Positions 37,447 through 51,730 of a DNA stretch of 64,000 bases are shown here, in pieces. The position numbers were made by a program, and so were the translations under genes. This DNA is from Macrostomum lignano (Eukaryota), in contig NIVC01000106.1 in the NCBI GenBank assembly GCA_002269645.1, positions 1 to 64,000 of the forward strand. Direction: 5' to 3'. Numbering within the stretch: the first letter of the stretch is position 1; each line of letters opens with the position of its first letter. The notes beneath the pieces were generated by a model. The model did not search any database and was not told the origin of the DNA. It saw only the letters and a program-made list of their open reading frames with translations.

Positions 37447-38485
37447 CAAGTCAAGTTACAATGTGGAGTCCCATAAGTGCACATTGAAATAGAAATGACA
37501 ACTTCTTTTGACAACGACAACAATCTTTCAATCTTTTGAAATGACAACAACAGTTCTGCAACTCATGATTTACCAGTTGCCTTGCTTTTCTATCCCATAT
37601 TAGTTGTTTGGGTTGTTAAATGGTTATCCCAGAGTTGAGTTATTTACAATGCCTCTATATAATGATTCTTGTCGTGGACTTGTGGTAAAGTTTTCAATGG
37701 AATTGCTTTTTGCCCTCTGTTAATTAGTCAGGCTATGTATATTTGTGGATTATTGGATATTGTAATTTCTAAATAAGCTATTTCTAAATAGAAAAATGCT
37801 TTGCTAGCAAAGATCTTAAGGAAAAAATCTCCTATAGACAAACTGCTATCCTTCCTATATACTAAAAATGTGATGTCTATATATATATATATATATATGT
37901 GATAGATTAGAGAAAAAATGGCTGGACCGATTTTGTTCGAACTTGCACTGTTCGATCAGAAATTTTCCCGTGACGGTACATGCATCGTGGCTAAGAAATT
38001 GCTCGATGCTAAAGGCATTAAATATTCGAAAAACATGCTTTTTTGCAAAGGTCAAGCAAACTTTTCGACTTGAAATGCATTGTAAGAATGCTAGAGAAAA
38101 AACTGACTGGTTGAATTCTGACTCTGAAATAGATTGCATCATAACTGAATTGTAACTCCGACTTGAATTGAAAATGCAGTGTGGAAGCGTAGCACCAGAC
38201 TTGATTTAAATTGCGTAACCATATTGTTAACTGATACTGACTGACTGAGAAACTGATTATGTCATAACTGCTTCGTGTGATTTACTCTATGCTTGGATTT
38301 AAAAGTGTTGAGTTATATAAGTGCAAAAGTTGATGTTATCAAAACGATGAGAGCTAGCCTAAAGGTGAACAAACTGAACTGCTAAATGCAGTGACGATGG
38401 TTTGAATTTTCGATGGTTTGAATTTGAGTATAATTTTTTTAATTAAAGCTATTCAACGTCAGGAAAACTAAAAGACTTTTTAAAA

Positions 38486-41400
38486 AGAAGCGTCATATAA
38501 AAATCGTAGAAGCGTCATGTAAACAATCATAAAAGCGTCATGTAAAAAATCGTAGAAGCGTCATGTAAAAAATCTTAGAAGCGTCATGTAAACAATCATA
38601 GAAGCGTCATGTAAACAATCATAGAAGCGTCATGTAAAAAATCGTAGAAGCGTCATGTAAAAAATCATAGAAGCGTCATGTACACAATCATAGAAGCGTC
38701 ATGTAAACAATCATAGAAGCGTCATGTAAACAATCATAGAAGCGTCATGTTAACAATCATAGAAGCGTCATGTAAACAATCATAGAAGCGTCATGTAAAC
38801 AATCATAGAAGCGTCATGTAAACAATCATAGAAGCGCCATGTTAACAATCATAGAAGCGTCATGTAAACAATCATAGAAGCGTCATGTAAACAATCATAG
38901 AAGCGTCATGCAAACAATCATAGAAGCGTCATGTAAAAAATCATAGAAGCGTCATGTAAAAAATCAAAGAAGCGTCATGTAAACAATCATAGAAGCGTCA
39001 TGTAAAAAATCATAGAAGCGTACTGTAAAAAATCATAGAAGCGTCATGTAAACAATCATAGAAGCGTCATGTTAACAATCATAGAAGCGTCATGTAAACA
39101 ATCATAGAAGCGTCATGTAAACAATCATAGAAGCGTCATGTAAAAAATCATAGAAGCGTCATATAAAAATCGTAGAAGCGTCATGTAAACAATCATAGAA
39201 GCGTCATGTAAAAAATCATAGAAGCGTCATGTAAACAATCATAGAAGCGTCATGTAAACAATCATAGAAGCGTCATGTTAACAATCATAGAAGCCTCATG
39301 TAAACAATCATAGAAGCGTCATGTAAACAATCATAGAAGCGTCATGTAAACAATCATAGAAGCGTCATATAAAAATCGTAGAAGCGTCATGTAAACAATT
39401 ATAGAAGCGTCATGTAAAAAATCGTAGAAGCGTCATGTAAAAAATCATAGAAGCGTCATGTAAACAATCATAGAAGCGTCATGTAAAAAATCATAGAAGC
39501 TTACTGTAAACAATCATAGAAGCGTCATGTAAACAATCATAGAAGCGTACTGTAAACAATCATAGAAACGTCATATAAAAATCATAGAAGCGTCATGTAA
39601 ACAATCATAGAAGCGTCATGTAAACAATCATAGAAGCGTCATATAAAAATCGTAGAAGCGTCATGTAAACAATCATAGAAGCGTCATGTAAAAAATCGTA
39701 GAAGCGTCATGTAAACAATCATAGAAGCGTCATGTAAACAATCATAGAAGCGTCATGTAAACAATCATAGAAGCGTCATGTAAAAAATCATAGAAGCGTC
39801 ATGTAAAAAATCATAGAAGCGTCATATAAAAATCGTAGAAGCGTCATGTAAACAATCATAAAAGCGTCATGTAAAAAATCGTAGAAGCGTCATGTAAAAA
39901 ATCTTAGAAGCGTCATGTAAACAATCATAGAAGCGTCAAGTAAACAATCATAGAAGCGTCATGTAAACAATCGTAGTAGCGTCATGTAAAAAATCTTAGA
40001 AGCGTCATGTAAACAATCATAGAAGCGTCATGTAAACAATCATAGAAGCGTCATGTAAACAATCATAGAAGCGTCATGTAAACAATCATAGAAGCGTCAT
40101 GTAAACAATCATAGAAGCGTCATGTAAACAATCAAAGAAGCGTCATGTAAAAAATCATAGAAGCGTCATGTAAACAATCATAGAAACGTCATATAAAAAT
40201 CATAGAAGCGTCATGTAAAAAATCATAGAAGCGTCATATAAAAATCGTAGAAGCGTCATGTAAACAATCATAAAAGCGTCATGTAAAAAATCGTAGAAGC
40301 GTCATGTAAAAAATCTTAGAAGCGTCATGTAAACAATCATAGAAGCGTCATGTAAACAATCATAGAAGCGTCATGTAAACAATCATAGAAGCGTACTGTA
40401 AACAATCATAGAAGCGTCATGTAAAAAATCATAGAAGCGTCATGTAAACAATCATAGAAGCGTCATGTAAAAAATCATAGAAGCGTACTGTAAACAATCA
40501 TAGAAGCGTCATGCAAACAATCATAGAAGCGTCATGTAAACAATCATAGAAGCGTCATATAAAAATCGTAGAAGCGTCATGTAAACAATCATAGAAGCGT
40601 CATGTAAAAAATCATAGAAGCGTCATGTAAACAATCATAGAAGCGCCATGTAAACAATCATAGAAGCGTCATGTAAACAATCATAGAAGCGTCATGTAAA
40701 CAATCATAGAAGCGTCATGTAAAAAATCATGGAAGCGTCATATAAAAATCGTAGAAGCGTCATGTAAACAACCATAAAAACGTCATGTAAAAAATCGTAG
40801 AAGCGTCATGTTAACAATCATAGAAGCGTCATGTAAACAATCATAGAAGCGTCATGTAAACAATCATAGAAGCGTCATGTAAAAAATCATAGAAGCGTCA
40901 TGTAAACAATCATAGAAACGTCATATAAAAATCATAGAAGCGTCATGTAAACAATCATAGAAGCGTCATGTAAACAATCATAGAAGCGTCATGTAAACAA
41001 TCATAGAAACGTCATATAAAAATCATAGAAGCGTCATGTAAACAATCATAGAAGCGTCATGTAAACAATCATAGAAGCGTCATATAAAAATCATAGAAGC
41101 GTCATGTAAACAATCATAGAAGCGTCATGTAAACAATCATAGAAGCGTCATATAAAAATCGTAGAAGCGTCATGTAAACAATTATAGAAGCGTCATGTAA
41201 AAAATCATAGAAGCGTCATATAAAAATCGTAGAAGCGTCATGTAAACAACCATAAAAACGTCATGTAAAAAATCGTAGAAGCGTCATGTAAAAAATCATA
41301 GAAGCGTCATGTAAAAAATCATAGAAGCGTCATGTAAAAAATCATAGAAGCATCATATAAAAATCGTAGAAGCGTCATGTAAACAATCATAAAAGCGTCA

Positions 41401-41590
41401 TGTAAAAAATCGTAGAAGCGTCATGTAAAAAATCTTAGAAGCGTCATGTAAACAATCATAGAAACGTCATATAAAAATCATAGAAGCGTCATGTAAACAA
41501 TCATAGAAGCGTCATGTAAAAAATCATAGAAGCGTCATGTAAAAATTATAGAAGCGTCATGAAAAAATCATAGGAGCCTCATTTAAAAAC
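38486..41590. repeat. 23-bp satellite AGAAGCGTCATGTAAACAATCAT inside Helitron copy 1
   Basis: About 3.1 kb of tandem copies. Confidence 0.95.
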
Positions 41591-42471
41591 TAATGAAAGT
41601 GTCATCTAAAAAATTAAGAAGCGTCACGGTAGAATAAAAGAAACGTCATGTCAGACATGAAGGGTTCATGTAAAAATTAAATGCAACTATAATGCTGTGC
41701 TGGGGAGAAAAACTGAGACGTCAAGGCTCTCAGAGAATAACTGAGATTACGGGGGGGTTTCTGAGATGTCAAAGCAAAAGTCAGAAGCTACTTCAAAGTT
41801 CATGTACTTTACTCCATTTTTTTATTGCATTCTTTGTTGGCTCGTCACAGAGGGGGCGCTGATAGAAGAAAAGTCATGTAAAAAATAAAAGTAGCACTAT
41901 GTATACATAAAAGAAAAGTCATGTCGAAGTTAAAAGATTCATTTGGGAATTGCTACGATGTCAAAGCTTGGTGGAAATCGTTATAGTGCTGTTATTCTTA
42001 AAGAAGGAATCACTAAAATGTTAAGGCTTAGGGGAGAAGAATTGCTGAGATTTCAAGGCTTTAGGTTGGGTTAAAGTTAGGTTTAGGTCAGGTGTGGGTT
42101 GAGGGTTATATTTTATCGGGTTTCAAGGTTAACAGGGGATTTTTTAGATTTCAAGGTTTATGGGGGCCATTGCTGACATGTCAAGGCTTACGGGGGGAAT
42201 AGCTGAGATGTCAAGGCTCACGGGGGTATAAATGAGATTTCAAGGCTAAAGTCAGAAGCTACATGTAGTTTATTGAAAACTTTTTATTACATCGCTGATA
42301 CGGGAGGGATCGCTGATAAAAAAGCGTAATGTAAAAAATAAAAGAAGCTTCATGTCGAAGTTAAGAGATTCATTTGGGAATCCCTACGATGTCGAGGCTT
42401 GCAAGGAATCGCTATAATGCTGTAGTAGTGCTATAATGACTCTTAGGGAGAATTACTGAAATTTCAATGCT

Positions 42472-42533
42472 TTAGGGTTAGGTTAGGGTTAGGGTTAGGG
42501 TTAGGGTTAGGGTTAGGCTAGGGTTAGGGTTAG
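42472..42533 (+). repeat. Interstitial telomere-type (TTAGGG)n in Helitron copy 1
   Basis: About 10 mostly perfect hexamers. Confidence 0.9.
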
Positions 42534-43377
42534 AAGGTTGACAGATATTTTTAGATTTCCAAGGCTTATTGGGGGCATTGCTGAGATGTCAAGGGGGGAA
42601 GTTGATATGTTAAAGCTTGTGGGGGGGATAACTGACATGTCAAGGCTTACAAGGTTTGACAGGAGATTTTTTAAGATTTCAAGGATACATGTAGCTTATT
42701 AAAAAAACGTGTATTGCATTTCTTTGGCTCCCCAACGGGGGGCGTAGATTGCTAGTCCAATATACTAAAAATGGTCTGTCTGTGTCTATCTATCTATCTA
42801 TGTGATCGATTAGAGAAAAAATGGCTGGACCGATTTTGTTAGAACTTGCACTGTTCGATTAGAAATTTTCCCGTGACGGTACATGCATCGTGGCTAAGAA
42901 ATTGCTCGATGCTAAAGGCATTAAATATTCGAGAAACATGCTTTTTTGCAAAGGTCAAGCAAACTTTTCGACTTGAAATGCATTGTAAGAATGCTAGAGA
43001 AAAAACTGACTGGTTGAATTCTGATTCTGAAATAGATTGCATCATAACTGAATTGTAACTCCGACTTGAATTGAAAATGCAGTGTGGAAGCGTAGCACCA
43101 GACTTGATTTAAATTGCGTAACCATATTGTTAACTGATACTGACTGACTGAGAAACTGATTATGTCATAACTGCTTCGTGTGATTTACTCTATGCTTGGA
43201 TTTTAAACTGTTGAATTATATAAGTGCAAAATTTGATGTTATCAAAACGATGAGAGCTAGCCTAGAGGTGAACAGACTGAAATGCTAAATGCAGCGACGA
43301 TGGTTCGAATTTTCATAGAGTATAATTTTTTTAATTAAAGCTTTTCAACGTCAGGAAAACTAAAAGACTTTTTAAAA

Positions 43378-44720
43378 AGAAGCGCCATGTAAAAATCATA
43401 GAAGCGTCATGTAAAAAATCGTGGAAGCGTCATTTAAAAAATCATAGAAGCGTCATTTAAAAAATCATGGAAGCGTCATATAAAAATCATAGAAGCGTCA
43501 TTTAAAAAATCATAGATGCGTCATTTAAAAAATCATAGAAGCGTCATGTAAACAATCATAGAATCGTCATTTAAAAAATCATAAAAGCGTCATGTAAAAA
43601 TCATAAAAGCGTCATGTAAACAATCATAGAAGCGTCATGTAAAAAATCATAGAAGCGTCATGCAAACAATCATAGAAGCGTCATATAAAAATCATAAAAG
43701 CGTCATGTAAACAATCATAGAAGCGTCATGTAAACAATCATAGAAGCGTCATGTAAACAATCATAGAAGTGTCATGTAAAAAATCATAGAAGCGTCATGT
43801 AAACAATCATAGAAGCGTCATGTAAAAATCATAGAAGCGTCATGTAAAAAATCATAGAAGCGTCATGTAAACAATCATAGAAGTGTCATGTGAAAAATCG
43901 TAGAAGCGTCATTTTAAAATCATGGAAGCGTCATTTAAAAAAATCATAGAAGCGTCATTTAAAAAATCATGGAAGCGTCATATAAAAATCATAGAAGCGT
44001 CATTTAAAAAATCATGGAAGCGTCATATAAAAATCATAGAAGCGTCATTTAAAAAATCATAGATGCGTAATGTAAAAAATCATAGGAGCGTCATGTAAAC
44101 AATCATAGAAGTGTCATGTGAAAAATCGTAGAAGCGTCATTTTAAAATCATGGAAGCGTCATTTAAAAAATCATAGAAGCGTCATGTAAAAAATCATGGA
44201 AGCGTCATGTAAAAAATCATAGGAGCGTCATGTAAACAATCATAGAAGCGTCATGTAAACAATCATAAAAGCGTCATGTAAAAATCATAAAAGCGTCATG
44301 TAAACAATCATAGAAGCGTCATGTAAAAAATCAGAGAAGCGTCATGTAAACAATCATAAAAGCGTCAAGTAAACAATCATAAAAGCGTCATGTAAACAAT
44401 CATAGAAGCGTCATGTAAACAATCATAAAAGCGTCATGTAAACAATCATAGAAGCGTCATGTAAAAAATCAGAGAAGCGTCATGTAAACAATCATAAAAG
44501 CGTCATTTAAAAAATCATAGAAGCGTCATATAAAAATCATAGAAGCGTCATGTAAAAAATCATAGAAGCGTCATGTAAAAAATTATAGAAGCGTCATGTA
44601 AAAATCATAGAAGCGTCATGTAAACAATCATAGAAGCGTCATGTAAACAATCATAGAAGCGTCATATAAAAATCATAGAAGCGTCAAGAAAAAATCATAG
44701 AAGCCTCATTTAAAAACTAA
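43378..44720. repeat. 23-bp satellite inside Helitron copy 2
   Basis: About 1.35 kb of the same unit. Confidence 0.95.
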
Positions 44721-45616
44721 TGAAAGTGTCATTTAAAAAATTAAGAAGCATCATGGTAGAATAAAAGAAGCGTCATGTCAGACATGAAGGGTGTCATGTA
44801 AAAATTAAATGCAGCTATAATGCTGTGCTGGGGAGAAAAACTGAGACGTAAAGGCTCTCAGAGAATAACTGACATTACGGGGGGGGTTCTGAGATGTCAA
44901 AGCAAAAGTCAGAAGCTACTTCAAAGTTCATGTACTTTACTCAATTTTTTTATTGCATTCTTTGTTGGCTCGCCACGGGGGGGGGTCGCTGATAGAAGAA
45001 GAGTCATGTAAAAAATAAAAGTAGCACTATGTATACATAAAAGAAAAGTCATGTCAAAGTTAAAAGATTCATTTGGGAATTGCTACGATGTCAAAGCTTC
45101 GTGGAAATCGTTATAGTGCTATGATTCTTAAAGAAGGAATCACTAAAATTTCAAGGCTTAGGGGAGAAGAATTGCTGAGATTTCAAGGCTTTAGGTTGGG
45201 TTAAAGTTAGGTTTAGGTCAGGTGTGGGTTGAGGGTTATATTTTATCGGGTTTCAAGGTTAACAGAATAACAGGGGATTTTTTAGATTTCAAGGTTTATG
45301 GGGGCCATCGCTGACATGTTAAGGCTTACGGGGGGAATAGCTGAGATGTCAAGGCTCACGGGGTATAAATGAGATTTCAAGGCTAAAGCCAGAAGCTACA
45401 TGTAGTTTATTGAAAACTTTTTATTACATTATTTGATGCCTCCTCAGGGGAGGGATCGCTGATAGAAAAAGCGTAATGTAAAAAATAAAAGAAGCTTCAT
45501 GTCGAAGTTAAGAGATTCATTTGGGAATCCCTACGATGTCGAGGCTTGCAGGGAATCGCTATAATGCTGTAGTAGTGCTATAATGACTCTTAGAGAGAAT
45601 TACTGAAATTTCAATG

Positions 45617-45707
45617 TTAGGTTAGGGTTAGGGTTAGGGTTAGGGCTAGGGTTAGGGTTAGGGTTAGGCTAGGGTTAGGGTTAGGGTTAGGCTAGGGTTC
45701 GGGTTAG
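45617..45707 (+). repeat. Interstitial (TTAGGG)n in Helitron copy 2
   Basis: About 15 hexamers with variants. Confidence 0.9.
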
Positions 45708-46600
45708 AAGGTTGACAGTTTTTAGATTTCCAAGGCTTATTGGGGGCATTGCTGTGATGTCAAGGGGGGAAGTTGATAAGTTAAAGCTTGTGGGGGGGGG
45801 AATTACTGACATGTCAAGGCTTACAAGGTTTGACAGGAGATTTTTTTAAGATTTCAAGGATACATGTAGCTTATTAAAAAAACGTGTATTGCATTTCATT
45901 GGCTCCCCAACGGGGGGCGTAGATTGCTAGTCCATATACTAAAAATGGTCTGTCGGTATGTGTGTGTGTGCATGTGTGTGTGTGTGATCGATTTTAGCAA
46001 AAACGGCTCAATCCTATATACTAAAAATGGTCTGTCTGTGTCTATCTATCTATCTATCTATCTATCTATGTGATCGATTAGAGAAAAAATGGCTGGACCG
46101 ATTTTGTTCGAACTTGCACTGTTCGATCAGAAATTTTCCCGTGACGGTACATGCATCGTGGCTAAGAAATTGCTCAATGCTAGAGGCATTAAATATTCGA
46201 AAAACATGCTTTTTTGCAAAGGTCAAGCAAACTTTTTGACTTGAAATGCATTGTAAGAATGCTAGAGAAAAAACTGACTGGTTGAATTCTGACTCTGAAA
46301 TAGATTGCATCATAACTGAATTGTAACTCTGACTTGAATTGAAAATGCAGTGTGGAAGCCTAGCACCAGACTTGATTTAAATTGCGTAACCATATTGTTA
46401 ACTGATACTGACTGACTGAGAAACTGATTATGTCATAACTGCTTCGTGTGATTTACTCTATGCTTGGATTTTAAACTGTTGAATTATATATATATGTGCA
46501 AAATTTGATAAATGCAGCGACGATGGTTCGAATTTTCATAGAATATAATTTTTTCAATTAAAGCTTTTCAACGTCAGGAAAACTAAAAGACTTTTTAAAA

Positions 46601-49600
46601 AGAAGCGTCATGTAAAAATCATAGAAGCGTCATATAAAAATCATAGATGCGTCATTTAAAAAATCATAGAAGCATCGTATAAAAATCATAGAAGCGTCAT
46701 GTAAACAATCATAGAAGCGTCATGTAAACAATCATAGAAGCGCCATGTAAAAAATCCTTGAAGCGTCATGTAAACAATCATAGAAGCGTCATGAAACAAT
46801 CATAGAAGCGTCATGTAAACAATCATAGAAGCGTGCTGTAAACAATCCTAGAAGCGTCATGTAAACAATCCTAGAAGCGTCATGTAAACAATCATAGAAG
46901 CGTCATGTAAACAATCCTAGAAGCGTCATGTAAACAATCATAGAAGCGTCATGTAAACAATCATAGAAGCGCCAAGTAAAAATCATAAAAGCGTCATGTA
47001 AACAATCATTCAAGCGTCATTTAAACAATCATAGAAGCGTCATGTAAACAATCATTCAAGCGTCATTTAAACAATCATAGAAGCGTCATGTAAACAAGCA
47101 TAGAAGAATGTAAACAATCATAGAAGCGTCATGTAAACAATCATTCAAGCGTCATTTAAACAATCATAGAAGCGTCATGTAAACAAGCATAGAAGCGTCA
47201 TGTAAAAATCATAGAAGCGTCATGTAAACAATCATAGAAGCGTCATGTCAAAATCATAGAAGCGTCATGTAAACAATCATAGAAGCGTCATGAAACAATC
47301 ATAGAAGCGTCATGTAAACAATCATAGAAGCGCCATGTAAACAATCATAGAAGCGTCATGTAAAAATCATAGAAGCGTCATGTAAACAATCATAGAAGCG
47401 TCATGAAACAATCATAGAAACGTCATGTAAAAATCATAGAAGCGTCATGTAAACAATCATAGAAGCGTCATGTAAACAATCATAGAAGCGTCATGTAAAC
47501 AATCATAGAAGCGTCATGTAAACAATCATAGAAGCGCCATGTAAAAATCATAAAGCGTCATGTAAACAATCATTCAAGCGTCATTTAAACAATCATAGAA
47601 GCGTCATGTAAACAAGCATAGAAGAATGTAAACAATCATAGAAGCGTCATGTAAAAATCATAGAAGCGTCATGAAACAATCATAGAAGCGTCATGTAAAA
47701 ATCATAGAAGCGTCATGTAAAAATCGTAGAAGCGTCATGTAAAAATCATAGAAGCGTCATGTAAAATCATAGAAGCGTCATGTAAAAATCATAGAAGCGT
47801 CATGTAAAATCGTAGAATCGTCCTGCCAAAATCGTAGAAGCGTCATGTAAAAAATCATAGAAGCGTCATGTAAAAATCATAGAAGCGTCATGTAAAATCA
47901 TAGAATCATCCTGCCAAAATCGTAGAAGCGTCATGTAAAAAATCCTTGAAGCGTCATGTAAACAATCATAGAAGCGTCATGAAACAATCATAGAAGCGTC
48001 ATGTAAACAATCATAGAAGCGTCATGTAAACAATCCTAGAAGCGTTATGTAAACAATCTAGAAGCGTCATGTAAACAATCATAGAAGCGTCATGTAAACA
48101 ATCCTAGAAGCGTCATGTAAACAATCATAGAAGCGTCATGTAAAAATCATAGAAGCATCATGTAAACAATCATAGAAGCGTCATATAAAAATCATAGAAG
48201 CGTTATGTAAAAATGATAGAAGCGTCATATAAAAAATCATAGAAGGTCATGTAAACAATCATAGAAGCGTCATATAAAAATCATAGAAGCGTCATGTAAA
48301 CAATCATAGAAGCGTCATGAAACAATCATAGAAGCGTCATGTAAACAATCATAGAAGCGTCATGAAACAATCATAGAAGCGTCATGTAAACAATCATAGA
48401 AGCGCCATGTAAAAAATCATAGAAGCGTCATGTAAACAATCATAGAAGCGTCATGTAAACAATCATAGAAGCGTCATGTAAAAATCATAGAAGCGTCATA
48501 TAAAAATCATAGATGCGTCATGTCAAAATCATAGAAGCGTCATGTAAACAATCATAGAAGCGTCATGAAACAATCATAGAAGCGTCATGTAAACAATCAT
48601 AGAAGCGCCATGTAAACAATCATAGAAGCGTCATGTAAAAATCATAGAAGCGTCATGTAAACAATCATAGAAGCGTCATGAAACAATCATAGAAGCGTCA
48701 TGTAAACAATCATAGAAGCGTCATGTAAACAATCATAGAAGCGTCATGTAAACAATCATAGAAGCGCATGTAAAAATCATAAAGCGTCATGTAAACAATC
48801 ATTCAAGCGTCATTTAAACAATCATAGAAGCGTCATGTAAACAAGCATAGAAGAATGTAAACAATCATAGAAGCGTCATGTAAAAATCATAGAAGCGTCA
48901 TGAAATAATCATAGAAGCGTCATGTAAACAATCATAGAAGCGTCATGTAAAAAATCATAGAAGCGTCATGTAAACAATCATAGAAGCGTCATGTAAACAA
49001 TCATAGAAGCGTCATGTAAAAATCATAGAAGCGTCATATAAAAATCATAGATGCGTCATGTCAAAATCATAGAAGCGTCATGTAAACAATCATAGAAGCG
49101 TCATGAAACAATCATAGAAGCGTCATGTAAACAATCATAGAAGCGCCATGTAAACAATCATAGAAGCGTCATGTAAAAATCATAGAAGCGTCATGAAACA
49201 ATCATAGAAACGTCATGTAAAAATCATAGAAGCGTCATGTAAACAATCATAGAAGCGTCATGTAAACAATCATAGAAGCGTCATGTAAACAATCATAGAA
49301 GCGTCATGTAAACAATCATAGAAGCGCCATGTAAAAAATCATAAAGCGTCATGTAAACAATCATTCAAGCGTCATTAAACAATCATAGAAGCGTCATGTA
49401 AACAAGCATAGAAGAATGTAAACAATCATAGAAGCGTCATGTAAAAATCATAGAAGCGTCATGAAACAATCATAGAAGCGTCATGTAAAAATCATAGAAG
49501 CGTCATGTAAAAATCGTAGAAGCGTCATGTAAAAATCATAGAAGCGTCATGTAAAATCATAGAAGCGTCATGTAAAAATCATAGAAGCGTCATGTAAAAT

Positions 49601-50780
49601 CGTAGAATCGTCCTGCCAAAATCGTAGAAGCGTCATGTAAAAAATCATAGAAGCGTCATGTAAAAATCATAGAAGCGTCATGTAAAATCATAGAATCATC
49701 CTGCCAAAATCGTAGAAGCGTCATGTAAAAAATCCTTGAAGCGTCATGTAAACAATCATAGAAGCGTCATGAAACAATCATAGAAGCGTCATGTAAACAA
49801 TCATAGAAGCGTCATGTAAACAATCCTAGAAGCGTTATGTAAACAATCCTAGAAGCGTCATGTAAACAATCATAGAAGCGTCATGTAAACAATCCTAGAA
49901 GCGTCATGTAAACAATCATAGAAGCGTCATGTAAACAATCATAGAAGCGCATGTAAAAATCATAGAAGCATCATGTAAACAATCATAGTAGCGTCATATA
50001 AAAATCATAGAAGCGTTATGTAAAAATGATAGAAGCGTCATATAAAAAATCATAGAAGGGTCATGTAAACAATCATAGAAGCGTCATATAAAAATCATAG
50101 AAGCGTCATGTAAACAATCATAGAAGCGTCATGAAACAATCATAGAAGCGTCATGTAAACAATCATAGAAGCGCCATGTAAAAAATCATAGAAGCGTCAT
50201 TTAAACAATCATAGAAGCGTCATGTAAAAATCATAGAAGCGTCATATAAAAATCATAGATGCGTCATATAAAAATCATAGATGCGTCATGTAAACAATCA
50301 TAGAAGCGTCATGTAAACAATCATAGAAGCGTCATGTAAACAATCATAGAAGCGTCATGTAAAAAATCATAGAAGCGTCATGTAATGAATCATAGAAGCG
50401 TCATGTAAACAATCATAGAAGCGTCATGTAAACAATCATAGAAGCGTCATGTAAAAATCATAGAAGCGTCATGTAAAAAATCATAGAAGCGTCATGTAAA
50501 CAATCATAGAAGCGTCATGTAAAAAATCGTAGAAGCGTCATTTAAAAATCATAGAAAGCGTTATTTAAAAAATCATAGAAGCGTCATGTAAACAATCAGA
50601 GAAGCGTCATGTAAACAATCATAGAAGCGTCATGTAAAAAATCATAGAAGCGTCATGTAAAAATTATAGAAGCGTCAAGAAAAAATCATAGAAGCGTCAT
50701 GTAAAAAAAGTCATAGAAGCGTCATGTTAAAATCATAGAAGCGTCATGAAAAAATCATAGAAGCCTCATTTAAAAACTAA
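46601..50780. repeat. 23-bp satellite inside Helitron copy 3
   Basis: About 4.2 kb, with an internal 1790-bp higher-order duplication. Confidence 0.95.
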
Positions 50781-51668
50781 GGAAAGTGTCATTTAAAAAA
50801 TTAAGAAGCATTATGGTAGAATAAAAGAAGCGTCATGTCAGACATGAAGGGTGTCATGTAAAAATAAATGCAGCTATAATGCTGTGCTGGGGAGAAAAAC
50901 TGAGACGTTAAGGCTCTCAGAGAATAACTGAGATTACGGGGGGGGGTTGCTGAGATGTCAAAGCAAAAGTCAGAAGCTACTTCAAAGTTCATGTACTTTA
51001 CTCAATTTTTTTATTACATTCTTTGTTGGCTCGCCACGGGGGGGTCGCTGATAGAAGAAGAGTCATGTAAAAAATAAAAGTAGCACTATGTATACATAAA
51101 AGAAAAGTCATGTCGAAGTTAAAAGATTCATTTGGGAATTGCTATGATGTCAAAGCTTGGAGGGAATCGTTATAGTGCTGTGATTCTTAAAGAAGGAATC
51201 ACTAAAATGTCAAGGCTTAGGGGAGAAGAATTGCTGAGATTCAAGGCTTTAGGTTGGGTTAAAGTTAGGTTTAGGTCAGGTGTGGGTTGAGGGTTATATT
51301 TTATCGGGTTTCAAGGTTAACGGGGATTTTTCAGATTTCAAGGTTTATGGAGGCCATCGCTGACATGTCAAGGCTTACGGGGGGAATAGCTGAGATGTCA
51401 AGGCTCACGGGGGTATAAATGAGATTTCAAGGCTAAAGTCAGAAGCTACATGTAGTTTATTGAAAACTTTTTATTACATTATTTGATGCCTCCTCAGGGG
51501 AGGGATCGCTGATTAAAAAAGCGTAATGTAAAAAATAAAAGAAGCTTCATGTCGAAGTTAAGAGATTCATTTGGGAATCCCTACGATGTCGAGGCTTGCA
51601 GGAAATCGCTATAATGCTGTAGCAGTGCTATAATGACTCTTAGAGAGAATTACTGAAATGTCAATGCT

Positions 51669-51730
51669 TTAGGGTTAGGTTAGGGTTAGGGTTAGGGTTA
51701 GGGTTAGGGTTAGGCTAGGGTTAGGGTTAG
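51669..51730 (+). repeat. Interstitial (TTAGGG)n in Helitron copy 3
   Basis: About 10 hexamers. Confidence 0.9.

Larger units (their letters stand above)
37849..42755 (+). mobile_element. Non-autonomous Helitron, copy 1
   Basis: Preceded by A; starts TCCTTCCTATATACTAAAAATG, followed by a microsatellite and GGACCGATTTTG; ends with hairpin GCTCCCC-AAC-GGGGGGC, 8 nt, CTAG. Confidence 0.85.
42756..45930 (+). mobile_element. Non-autonomous Helitron, copy 2
   Basis: Starts TCCAATATACTAAAAATGG directly after the CTAG of copy 1; same internal modules; same hairpin + CTAG end. Confidence 0.85.

Noticed and set aside
37855-46313. Recurring 68-95-aa ORFs (MMQSISESEF..., MHCSIRNFPV...) in three copies
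   Set aside because: They lie in the repeated Helitron 5' region on both strands, with no Rep/helicase motifs; recurrence reflects repeat copies.
42472-51730. True chromosome end
   Set aside because: Tracts are short, internal and at a fixed position within repeated elements.
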